From positions 1-33,368 of the forward strand of contig CAYMGN010000002.1 of assembly GCA_964389995.1 (NCBI GenBank): DNA of 33,368 nucleotides, given 5' to 3'. Under the pieces are notes generated by a model. It ran no database searches and had not been told where the DNA came from. It saw nothing but the letters and a program-made list of their open reading frames with translations. The translations under genes and the position numbers were made by a program. The DNA is from an uncultured Candidatus Peribacteria bacterium (GTDB lineage: Bacteria; Patescibacteriota; Gracilibacteria; UBA1369; LOWO2-01-FULL-3). This document shows positions 15,202 to 23,614 of this stretch, piece by piece; within the stretch, counting starts at the first letter, position 1, and every line of letters begins with the position of its first letter.

Positions 15202-16062
15202 TTGTTTATGTTAGAAAAAATCCAAGAATTAAAAGTAGAGTTTGAGAAATTGCGTCAGGGTAAAGAATCTTTGTTGCGATTGATTAGTGAAGCGGAGTTG
15301 CCGGAGAGTGTTTATAATTCTAATGCGATCGAAAACTCGACTTTGACGATCAAGGAAACGGAAAAAATCTTGATGGAATTGGAGGTTACGAGGAATGTTT
15401 CATTGAGAGAAGTTTTTGAGGCGAAAAATTTGGCGCGGGTGAGTGAATATATTGCAGAAAAGGCAAAAACTGAGGAGTTGGACTGCGAGCTGATCCTCTT
15501 GCTGCATAAAATGCTAATCACTAATATCGAGGACGAAATTGCCGGGAGATATCGAGAGACGGGAGAATACGTGAGAGTGGGGACCTACATTGAGCCGGCA
15601 CCGGAAAAGGTGGCAGGGATGATTGAGGGGGCGATTATTGAGTATCGCAGCGCTATTGATCAATCTTTCATCAAAAAAATTGCGCGTTTTCATTTAGAAT
15701 TTGAGCATATTCATCCTTTTTTGGATGGCAATGGGCGGATTGGGCGGATTTTGATTAATTTTCAATTATTGAGACTGGGGTTTCCGCCTTTGATCGTGAG
15801 AAATAAAGAAAAGCAGGACTACTATGATTGCTTTAAAGAATACGAAAAAAATGGTGCGACGAAGAGAATGGAAAAAATTTTGACCTTGGCACTTTTAGAG
15901 TCATTTCACAAGAGAATTGCCTATTTGAAGGGGCAAAAAATCATCAAGGTGAGTGAGTATGCAAAAAATGTCGAGCGCTCGCTGCCGGCTTTGCTCAATG
16001 CTGCCAAAAGACAGACGATAGCGGCTTTTAGGGAAAAGAATGTTTGGATGATTGGTGTTTAG
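15202..16062 (+). CDS. Fic-domain protein (AMPylase family) with an N-terminal inhibitory motif and a C-terminal HTH-like tail
   Basis: Fic motif HPFLDGNGRIGR at nt 15712-15747. Inhibitory-type motif SNAIEN, i.e. (S/T)xxxE(G/N), at nt 15319-15336. The C-terminus VSEYAKNVERSLPALLNAAKRQTIAAFREKNVWMI resembles excisionase/MerR-type HTH_17. The likely start is the ATG at 15208. Confidence 0.9.
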   Translation: MFMLEKIQELKVEFEKLRQGKESLLRLISEAELPESVYNSNAIENSTLTIKETEKILMELEVTRNVSLREVFEAKNLARVSEYIAEKAKTEELDCELILLLHKMLITNIEDEIAGRYRETGEYVRVGTYIEPAPEKVAGMIEGAIIEYRSAIDQSFIKKIARFHLEFEHIHPFLDGNGRIGRILINFQLLRLGFPPLIVRNKEKQDYYDCFKEYEKNGATKRMEKILTLALLESFHKRIAYLKGQKIIKVSEYAKNVERSLPALLNAAKRQTIAAFREKNVWMIGV

Positions 16063-16077
16063 CGTTATCAGTGTATA

Positions 16078-16728
16078 ATGTGGATAAAAACAATGGCTAT
16101 GAAAAAGTTTTTTATTTTAATTTCGTTGCTGAGTTTTGCGGCCTGTTCTGCCTCGAACAATGATTCCGAAAAGGTTGAGGATCTTGATCTACCTGAAGAA
16201 GAAGCGGTGGCTGCTCCGGAAGTTTCGCTGGAGATTGGTGAAGAAAAAGAGCAAAGCGATGTCCGGGAAGATGGTCCAGAGAGCTTGGAGGAAAGCTTTT
16301 ATGCGCTTCCTGATCAGTATTTTATGGCGCCGCTGACTGAGGAGGAGAGGCAAGAGGCGATTGTGGTTTTGGATCCGGACAACTATTATCTAGAGTTTCA
16401 GCCGCGGATGTGGGATGGGAGTGGGAGTTTTGCGATTTTTATTGATCCGGATGGAGACTATCTCTATGCCTTGGAGACCAAAGGGTGTGGGCCGATTTGT
16501 GAGCAGGAATTGTATTTTTTGCAGTGGATGGAGGGGAGTTTTGTGGATGTGACAGAGCAATACTTGCCGACGGAGTTGGATCTGAGTCCACCGGCGGCCG
16601 ATGCTGAGTTTGCGCCTTTGTTTGTGCTCCCGCAGTTTGGTACGCGGATTGAAGTGATCAATCAGTATGATCAGGAAGTTTTGGCGGAGCTGGTTTGGAC
16701 TGGAGGGAGGTTTAGTTTGGAACAATGA
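16078..16728 (+). CDS. acidic lipoprotein of unknown function
   Basis: Signal peptide plus lipobox MKKFFILISLLSFAAC. The likely start is the ATG at 16093 or 16099, because TATAAT at 16074-16079 overlaps the track start. The mature N-terminus is rich in D and E. Confidence 0.7.
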   Translation: MWIKTMAMKKFFILISLLSFAACSASNNDSEKVEDLDLPEEEAVAAPEVSLEIGEEKEQSDVREDGPESLEESFYALPDQYFMAPLTEEERQEAIVVLDPDNYYLEFQPRMWDGSGSFAIFIDPDGDYLYALETKGCGPICEQELYFLQWMEGSFVDVTEQYLPTELDLSPPAADAEFAPLFVLPQFGTRIEVINQYDQEVLAELVWTGGRFSLEQ

Positions 16729-17363
16729 ATAAATTTCTTAAAATAGTGAGTTCGGATTTACTTGAGCTTGGTGGGGGTGGGAGCGGTAGTTTGCTAGTTT
16801 TTGTGCCGGTGGCTTTGCTGTTATTGGTGATTTGTATTTATTTCGTTTTGATTGGGATGATGGCGAAAAATATTAAGGTCAAGACACTAAAAAGTGATCA
16901 ATGGAGGATTTTTAAGCAGTTGCGTCTGGCGGCTTTGGAGCAAAATCCCAGTTCTTTTGGGGAGAGTTTGGCGGAGGCGAGGCGGCTGAGTGATGGAGAA
17001 TGGCAAGCTAGAGCGCAAAAGTCGGTGGATGAGCAAGAAAGAGATACTTTGCTGGCATTTGCATCATGGGAGGCGGTGGGGATGATTTTTGTTTTTTTGA
17101 AGGAAGGGAGAAAAGTGGGGTCATTTGGTGGATTGTGGGTGAAAAAAGATTTTAGGCGCAAAGGAGTGGGCGAACAATTGGTAAAAAAAGCACTGGCTTG
17201 GCTCAAAGATGCCGGGGCGAAGGAAGTGACTTTTTGGAATAATGCGGAAAATGAGGCTTCGACTAGTCTCTATCAAAAATTAGGATTTCAGGAAACTGGC
17301 GACCAGAAGCCGCTCGATTCTGATCCCAGTAAGTTGATTAAATTGATGAGGAAGGAGATTTGA
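16725..17363 (+). CDS. GNAT-family N-acetyltransferase, possibly with an N-terminal membrane anchor
   Basis: Acetyl-CoA loop and helix: LWVKKDFRRKGVGEQLVKKALAWL ... SLYQKLGFQETG. The long form starts in an ATGA overlap with the lipoprotein stop and adds a hydrophobic helix (LLVFVPVALLLLVICIYFVLIG). An alternative start is the ATG at 16857. Confidence 0.8.
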   Translation: MNKFLKIVSSDLLELGGGGSGSLLVFVPVALLLLVICIYFVLIGMMAKNIKVKTLKSDQWRIFKQLRLAALEQNPSSFGESLAEARRLSDGEWQARAQKSVDEQERDTLLAFASWEAVGMIFVFLKEGRKVGSFGGLWVKKDFRRKGVGEQLVKKALAWLKDAGAKEVTFWNNAENEASTSLYQKLGFQETGDQKPLDSDPSKLIKLMRKEI

Positions 17364-17373
17364 GATAAAGGAT

Positions 17374-17796
17374 TTAATTACCTTCGACGTAGCTCTTAAA
17401 ATTATTAAGGATTGATTGCCAGCCTTGTTTTTGCATTTCTGCCGTGTTTTCTGTTTCGGCGTCGAAGGTTTCGATTATTTCTGTTTCGGAAGGGCTTTTT
17501 TCGATGAATGCTACTGCTACTTCGCGCTGGTCCTCCATCTTGTAGGCAATTAGCTTATGTTGCTCGACAGCGGTGTAGACTCCGGCAAAATCGAAGCCGA
17601 CGCTGCCATCCTTGGCTTCCATGCGAGAGAGAAACTTGCCACCGACTTTGAGGTCGTTTTCGGCCTTGGGCGTGTGCCAGTCTGGGGAGGCATTGTTCCA
17701 GTTCTTGATATCATCAGGGGTAGTCCAAGCTTGCCAGACTTTGGCAATTGGGGCTTGGATTAGAGCTTGGACGGTGATTTTTGCGGTTGGATTCAT
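17374..17796 (-). CDS. SRPBCC-superfamily protein (Aha1/START-like)
   Basis: 140 aa. The pattern ITVQALIQAPIAKVWQAWTTPDDIKNW ... GGKFLSRMEAKDGS.GFDFAGVY is typical of the AHSA1/SRPBCC family. Confidence 0.7.
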   Translation of the reverse strand: MNPTAKITVQALIQAPIAKVWQAWTTPDDIKNWNNASPDWHTPKAENDLKVGGKFLSRMEAKDGSVGFDFAGVYTAVEQHKLIAYKMEDQREVAVAFIEKSPSETEIIETFDAETENTAEMQKQGWQSILNNFKSYVEGN

Positions 17797-17894
17797 AATT
17801 TTTTTTAGCAGTTAGTTATTCCCAGTTTAGTGGAGTTTGCTTTTTGTGAGCAAGGGGAGATAAGATAAAAAATATAAAATGATAATATCGAAAA

Positions 17895-18704
17895 ATGCAA
17901 AAAGTGATTTTAATTACAGGGGCTTCATCGGGGATGGGCAAGGTGACGGCTGAGGATCTGATCAAGAAAGGACATATCGTTTACTGCGCGGCGCGAAAGG
18001 TTGAGGAGATGGCTGATTTGGAAGAATTAGGCGGCAAGGTGGTCAGGATGGACGTGACCAAAGAGGAGGACTTGCAGGCGGTGGTGGAGCAGATCTTAGA
18101 GGAAGAAAAATGTATTGATGTGCTTTGGAATAATGCCGGTTTTGGGCTCTATGGTCCGGTGGAAGAGATTCCGATGGAAAAAGTGCGTTATCAGTTTGAA
18201 GTAAATCTTTTTGGGCTGGGGCGTTTGACGCAATTGGTTTTGCCGCAGATGAGGAAACAAAAATCGGGGACGATTATCAATACTTCGTCGATGGGGGGCA
18301 AGATGTATACGCCGCTGGGGTCTTGGTATCATGCGACGAAACATGCCTTGGAGGGGTTTTCTGATTGTTTGCGTTTGGAATTAAAGGAGTTTGATATTGA
18401 CGTGGTGCTTTTGGAGCCGGGGTTGATTGATACCGGTTTCTTGGCTGGGGTGGAACAAAATTTTCCGCAAGAATCGCAGGAAGGACCATATAGTAGGATC
18501 GTAAAGGGGCTGATGGGCGGCGCTTTGGCGGAGACGAAAGGTTCTGATCCAAAAGTGATTTCAGAGACGGTGCAAAAGATTATTGAGAGCGATAGGCCGA
18601 AGACGAGGTATGTGGCGGGAAAGATGGCGAGGTCGTTGATGTGGGTGAGGAAATACCTGGGGGATAGGGTTTTTGATAAGTTGATTTTGAGTCGGATTAA
18701 GTAG
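17895..18704 (+). CDS. short-chain dehydrogenase/reductase (classical SDR)
   Basis: TGASSGMGK (TGxxxGxG), NNAG, and the catalytic YHATKHAL (YxxxK). Confidence 0.85.
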   Translation: MQKVILITGASSGMGKVTAEDLIKKGHIVYCAARKVEEMADLEELGGKVVRMDVTKEEDLQAVVEQILEEEKCIDVLWNNAGFGLYGPVEEIPMEKVRYQFEVNLFGLGRLTQLVLPQMRKQKSGTIINTSSMGGKMYTPLGSWYHATKHALEGFSDCLRLELKEFDIDVVLLEPGLIDTGFLAGVEQNFPQESQEGPYSRIVKGLMGGALAETKGSDPKVISETVQKIIESDRPKTRYVAGKMARSLMWVRKYLGDRVFDKLILSRIK

Positions 18705-18724
18705 TTGTATTTTAAAAAAATTTT

Positions 18725-19737
18725 ATGGAAATCGGCATAGATAGCTTCGCGGCGGTGCGGGCAGGGGAAGAAAATAGTGAGAAGGCGGGCGTGGATTCGG
18801 TGGCGGATTTGCTCGAAAGGGTGGAAAAGGCGGAGGAAGCGGGGTTGGATCTGTTTGGGATTGGGGAGCATCATCGGGAAGAGTATTTTGATTCGGCGCC
18901 GGCGGTGTTGTTGGGGGCGGCGGCGGCGAGGACAGAAAAAATTAAGCTGGTGAGTGCGGTGACGGTGCTGAGTGCTGCGGATCCGGTGCGGGTTTTTCAG
19001 CAGTTTGCGACGGTGGATTTGATTTCGCAGGGGCGGGCGGAAGTAGTGGCTGGAAGGGGTTCTTTTTCGGAAGCTTTTCCGCTTTTTGGTTTTAGTTTTG
19101 AGGACTATGATGAGCTTTTTGAAGAAAAATTGGAACTGCTCCTAAAAATCCGTAAGCAGAAAAAAATTAGCTGGGCGGGGAGATTTCGAGCACCGCTAGA
19201 TGAGCAGGAAATCTATCCGAGACCACTGCAAAATCCCCTACCGGTTTGGGTGGGAGTAGGTGGTACGCCAGAGTCATTCGTGAGAGCGGGACGGCTGGGA
19301 TTGCCTTTGATGATCGCGATTATCGGGGGGAGCCACGGCGATTTAAGCCGCTGGTGGATCTCTATAGAGCAACGGGGATGGAGGCTGGACATGATCCAAA
19401 AAAACTAAAAGTGGGGATGCACGCGATTGGATATCTTTCAGAAAATAAAGAAAAAGCGATGGACGAATTTTATCCCGGGCATGCCAAGGCTTTCAATAAA
19501 ATCGGACGCGAAAGAGGTTGGTCGCCGGTGACGAGGGCCAGTGTGGAGAGGCAGGCTGATGAGCATGGAGCATTCTTAATCGGTGATCCGCAAGAAGTGG
19601 CAGCAAAAATCAAGAGACATAGCGAGACGCTCGGTGGGTTGTCGCGGGTGACCTTTCAAATGGATACCGGTGGGTTGAGTCAGGAGCAGCTTTTGCGATC
19701 GATTGGGTTGATTGGGGAGGTGAAGGAGAGGCTTTAA
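18725..19737 (+). pseudogene. LLM-class (luciferase-like) flavin-dependent oxidoreductase split by a 1-nt frameshift in a G6 run
   Basis: ORFs 18725-19408 and 19246-19737 together form one ~337-aa LLM protein (GIGEHH ... [16 protein letters not shown] ... LMIAIIGG / [13 protein letters not shown] ... FQMD). The frames meet at GGGGGG (19325-19330). A seventh G would give [11 protein letters not shown]. Confidence 0.75.
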
Positions 19738-19770
19738 GACCTTCAACAACTGGAAAAACAGTTTTTTTTG

Positions 19771-19779
19771 TGTTATAAT
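19771..19779 (+). promoter_or_regulatory. extended -10 promoter element TGTTATAAT upstream of the MscS gene
   Basis: This is an exact TGnTATAAT match, 27 nt upstream of the TTG start at 19806. It is preceded by a weak hairpin plus T-run (19748-19769) after the LLM gene. Confidence 0.4.
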
Positions 19780-19805
19780 GGACAAATAAAATAAAAACAA
19801 AAACC

Positions 19806-20720
19806 TTGAACAAGCAAATCCTGAAGAAAATAGTGATCTTTTTGGGACTGGCGGCGGTGGCTGGGGGGCTTTATCTCCTTGACTACAACTATCCTGACGT
19901 GAGTTTGCAGAGGTGGTTTGAGACTATTTTGGCCTTTGCGATCCTTTATGGGAGTTATCAGTTGATTGAAGAGTTTTTTACTAAGAGTATCCATGATGCA
20001 AAAGCGCGGTATTCGATACGGAAAGTGCTTAGTTTTGTTTTTGTGTTGGTGGGGATTATGATTGTGGTGCGGATTTGGGCTTTGGATCCTCAGAGCTTGC
20101 TGCTGGCCTATGGTTTGGTTGGTGCGGGGGTGGCTGTGGCTTTGCAGGATGTTTTTAAAAATCTAGCGGGTGGGGTTTTTATCTTTCTCAATCGTGTCTA
20201 TACTGTTGGTGATCGGATTGAAGTGGATGGAAAGTTTGGGGATGTGATGGATGTCGGTTTGATGAATACCACTCTACTGGAAATCCGCAACTGGGTGGAT
20301 GGTGATCAGGCTACGGGGCGATTGACGATTATTCCTAATTCTTACTCTCTTTCGAAAGCAATCAACAACTATACCAAGGACCATAACTTTATGTGGGATG
20401 AGATCATGATACCAATTACCTATGACAGTAACTGGCCGAAGGCGATCAGTATCATCGAGGGCATTGTGGAAGAAGTGACCAGGGAAATCACCGAATACGC
20501 GGAAAAACAAATTGCTCATATCCGGGAGCGTTACTATCTCTCTAAGCGCAATGTGGAGCCCAATGTGTTTATCACGGCGACTGATAATTGGGTGAAGTTT
20601 GGGGTGCGTTTTATCACTCTTGTGCGGGAAAGGCGGCTGACCAGCAGTAAGATTTATCAAAAAATTGTGGAAGCTCTGGAGGCGGAGGCCGATATTAAAT
20701 TTGCTTCGGCGACGTTTTAG
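19806..20720 (+). CDS. MscS-family mechanosensitive ion channel
   Basis: Pore helix and beta-domain signature: GVAVALQDVFKNLAGGVFIFLNRVYTVGDRIEVDGKFGDVMDVGLMNTTLLE. There are three N-terminal hydrophobic helices. Confidence 0.85.
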   Translation: MNKQILKKIVIFLGLAAVAGGLYLLDYNYPDVSLQRWFETILAFAILYGSYQLIEEFFTKSIHDAKARYSIRKVLSFVFVLVGIMIVVRIWALDPQSLLLAYGLVGAGVAVALQDVFKNLAGGVFIFLNRVYTVGDRIEVDGKFGDVMDVGLMNTTLLEIRNWVDGDQATGRLTIIPNSYSLSKAINNYTKDHNFMWDEIMIPITYDSNWPKAISIIEGIVEEVTREITEYAEKQIAHIRERYYLSKRNVEPNVFITATDNWVKFGVRFITLVRERRLTSSKIYQKIVEALEAEADIKFASATF

Positions 20721-20822
20721 ATCGTGGGATTGCCGGAAATGTATGTGAAAATGGAGAAGAAGTAAGGTTTCGAGTCCGGAGGGAGTGATTAGGGGTTTTT
20801 GGTTTAGGGGTCAAGGAGGTTT

Positions 20823-20831
20823 TGCTATAAT
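20823..20831 (+). promoter_or_regulatory. extended -10 promoter element TGCTATAAT upstream of the SDR/glycosylation gene block
   Basis: This is an exact TGnTATAAT match, 27 nt upstream of the ATG at 20858, with no SD box in between. Confidence 0.4.
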
Positions 20832-20857
20832 CTACTCACTATCTAACCCTCAAAAAT

Positions 20858-21607
20858 ATGCAATTCAAAAATAAAGTGGCGATTGTGACCGGTGGTGGTC
20901 GCGGGATTGGGCGTGCTATTGCGCTGGATTTTGCTAAGCAAGGCGCTAAAGTAGTGGTGACGAGCGATAAGCTCGAGGAGTGTGAAGAAGTGTGTGCGGA
21001 GATCGAAAAGAAAAATGGTGAGAGTTTTGCGGTGGAATGTGATGTTTCTCAGGCGGCGCAGGTGGAGGAAATGGTCAATATGACCGTAGAACAATTTGGA
21101 CAGATCGATATAGTGGTGAATAATGCGGGAGTGGTGAGACAAAAAGCGCTGACGGAAACTACGGAAGAAGACTGGGATTTGACTCTCGATGTCAATCTCA
21201 AAGGGGTTTTTCTTTGTTGCAAGGCAGCGGCTCCTCATTTGATGAAGCAAAAGTCCGGCAAGATCCTTTCGATTGCGTCGATTGCTGGAGAAGTGGGATT
21301 TGTAAATACCGCAGCTTATTGTGCTTCTAAAGGTGGGATTATCAATCTCACGCGGGAATTAGCTTTGGAAATGGCGCCTCATGGTGTGAATGTAAATGCG
21401 ATCGCGCCTGGGATAATAGTGACGCAAATGACTAAGGAAATGCTGGAAGATGAGGCCACAAAAAAACAGTTGGTCGCCAATGTGCCGATGAGGCGCGTGG
21501 GAGAACCGGATGAGATTGCCACGGCCGCGAGCTTCCTCTGTAGTAAGGGGGCTAGTTATATCACCGGTCAAACTTTGGCAGTGGATGGTGGTTGGTTGGC
21601 GCAGTAA
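20858..21607 (+). CDS. FabG-like SDR (3-oxoacyl-ACP reductase family)
   Basis: [27 protein letters not shown] and a C-terminal [10 protein letters not shown]. Confidence 0.8.
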   Translation: MQFKNKVAIVTGGGRGIGRAIALDFAKQGAKVVVTSDKLEECEEVCAEIEKKNGESFAVECDVSQAAQVEEMVNMTVEQFGQIDIVVNNAGVVRQKALTETTEEDWDLTLDVNLKGVFLCCKAAAPHLMKQKSGKILSIASIAGEVGFVNTAAYCASKGGIINLTRELALEMAPHGVNVNAIAPGIIVTQMTKEMLEDEATKKQLVANVPMRRVGEPDEIATAASFLCSKGASYITGQTLAVDGGWLAQ

Positions 21608-21623
21608 AACCTAATTATAAAGC

Positions 21624-23591
21624 TTGCTAAAACTGGATAAGAAAAACTGGCATCCTCTGGGGCTGATCGTGGTTATATTATTGGCTTACCTGCCTTTCTA
21701 TTTTGGAGGGATTTTAGGGGACCTCGGAGATCCGGTTACTCAATCTATCCCCAATAAGTTTCTGATAGTGCAATATTGGAAATCAGGGATTTTGCCGCTA
21801 TGGAATCCTTTTGTCTTTCTCGGATTTCCGCTTTTGGCGGATATGCAGGTGGGGGCTCTTTATCTGCCGGATCTGATTTTGTTTGCGATTTTTGAGCCTC
21901 TGCTGGCGCTGAACCTCTCGGTGCTCTTACACCTCTCGTTAGCCGCCACGGGCTTCTACTTCTTCCTCCAAACCAAGGTGCACAACCCCTGGGTGTCCGG
22001 GACTTTGAGTCTAATGATGGTGCTGACGGGGACCTATCTGAGCAAGCTGGTTTTTATCAATTATCTGGCGGTGATCGCTTATTTGCCTTGGGTGCTCTAC
22101 CTCTTGGCCAAAAAGAAGTCCTCTGTGGGCTGGCTGGCGGTGACCTTGATTTTGATGGTGCTGGCAGGCCATCCGGTAGCTTTGTTTTACTGCCTGATGA
22201 TCATCGCGATCTATGGTCTGATCAACTGCCCGCAAAAGTGGAAGCAGTTTGTGCCGGCTTTGCTGATTGCCCTGCTAAGTACCATGGTCCAACTACTCCC
22301 CTTTCTCAATCTGAAGGCCAGTTCGGTGAGGGACGCGCTCAGTTATGAGCAATTTGTGGAGGGTAGTCTCAGTTATCGTAGTTTGCTTTCCTTTATCGAT
22401 CCGGGGCAGTCGCTGGTGGTGGGGTCGGTGGACTTTTTTATTTACTTTGGGGCCGTGGCTTTTTTGCTCTTATGTTTGAGTTTTCCGTTGTTTGTTTGGA
22501 AATATGGTGAGTTTGAGAAAGCGGAAAAAAAGCTCTATTTCACCGGGATTTTACTCTTTGGCTTTGGGGTGCTGCTCAGTTTGGGCGGTAATTTTGCGCC
22601 CTTGGCTAAGCTGCTTTACCAATTGCCATTCTTTAATATCATTCGGGTGCCGGCGCGTTATATTTTAGTGGCGCATCTGGGGGCTGCGCTGGCATTGGCG
22701 ATCTTTTTGAAATATTGCTGGCGGGAAAAAGATAAGCTTACTAGTGGTCTACTGGCTCTGATACTGATTAATTCCTTGATCACGCCACATTTTCTCTTTG
22801 AAAAAACCAGTAGTGAAACCATTAGAGCCCAGTATCATGCGGAACCAAGTGAGATGCTTGAGGCGGCCAGTGGCGAGCAGTTGGGTTTGGAGACTGTGCC
22901 GCGCTATTTTCTCAGTAGTAGCGCTATCGTCCATCCCAATAGACATTTGCTCCATTTAATGCCCAGTCTGATCGGTTATAATCCGATGATTCTGAAGAAT
23001 TATCATCAAAAATTTCCGCTTTTGCCGGTGGGGACTTTTGAGGAAGAGGACTATTTTGAGCGTTATTATGAGGATTTTGAGCTGGTTGGTTTGGAGTATT
23101 TTTTCTTTCCCGATACGGAGAGTTTGGAGCGGATGGGATATGGTGAAAAAAGCGTGGTCAGTGATTTCTTGGTGGCGAAGGGTTGGGAAAAAGTTGCCAG
23201 TAAAAGGGCGGAAACTAGTGAAGAGCTGGGCTATGATCTCTGGCAAGCACCGGAAAGAAAAGAGTTTGCTTATTTCGTGGGGGAAGGGGAAGTGAGACAG
23301 ATCTCATTTAAACCGGGGCGGATCGAGTTGGAATTGTCAGTGGAGGCGGATGATCAGTTGATTGTGCGCCAGGCTTATCTAAAAGGGTGGAAATTAAGAG
23401 ATTTAGAGAATGGCGAGGAAATTGCGGCCGTGGAGTATCAAGGTTTGATTCAATCTTATGAGCTAGGATCAGGAGTAGAAAGAGTAGAGATAGTCTATAG
23501 TCCGCGAGAATTTTATTGGGGATTAGGCTTGTCTTTGTTGGGTTTGGCATCCCTTTTTGTTTGCTTCTGGTGGGAGAGAAAAGTATCTTAA
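21624..23591 (+). CDS. polytopic membrane protein, YfhO-like GT-C glycosyltransferase candidate
   Basis: 655 aa with more than 10 hydrophobic helices. The N-terminal loop QYWKSGILPLWNPFVFLGFPLLADMQVGALYLPD resembles the YfhO family signature. There is a large C-terminal soluble part and a final TM helix. TTG start. Confidence 0.5.
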   Translation: MLKLDKKNWHPLGLIVVILLAYLPFYFGGILGDLGDPVTQSIPNKFLIVQYWKSGILPLWNPFVFLGFPLLADMQVGALYLPDLILFAIFEPLLALNLSVLLHLSLAATGFYFFLQTKVHNPWVSGTLSLMMVLTGTYLSKLVFINYLAVIAYLPWVLYLLAKKKSSVGWLAVTLILMVLAGHPVALFYCLMIIAIYGLINCPQKWKQFVPALLIALLSTMVQLLPFLNLKASSVRDALSYEQFVEGSLSYRSLLSFIDPGQSLVVGSVDFFIYFGAVAFLLLCLSFPLFVWKYGEFEKAEKKLYFTGILLFGFGVLLSLGGNFAPLAKLLYQLPFFNIIRVPARYILVAHLGAALALAIFLKYCWREKDKLTSGLLALILINSLITPHFLFEKTSSETIRAQYHAEPSEMLEAASGEQLGLETVPRYFLSSSAIVHPNRHLLHLMPSLIGYNPMILKNYHQKFPLLPVGTFEEEDYFERYYEDFELVGLEYFFFPDTESLERMGYGEKSVVSDFLVAKGWEKVASKRAETSEELGYDLWQAPERKEFAYFVGEGEVRQISFKPGRIELELSVEADDQLIVRQAYLKGWKLRDLENGEEIAAVEYQGLIQSYELGSGVERVEIVYSPREFYWGLGLSLLGLASLFVCFWWERKVS

Positions 23592-23614
23592 GGAGGATTG
23601 TTTCGTGAATAAAT

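Noticed and set aside
20760-20795. tRNA-like fragment (aaggtttcgagtccggaggg, resembling a GGTTCGAGTCC T-arm) in the gap after the MscS gene. It could in principle be a tRNA remnant or att site.
   Set aside because: The bases flanking the TTCGAGT loop cannot pair into a 5-bp T-stem. No acceptor, D or anticodon arms are present, and no integrase or direct repeat lies nearby.
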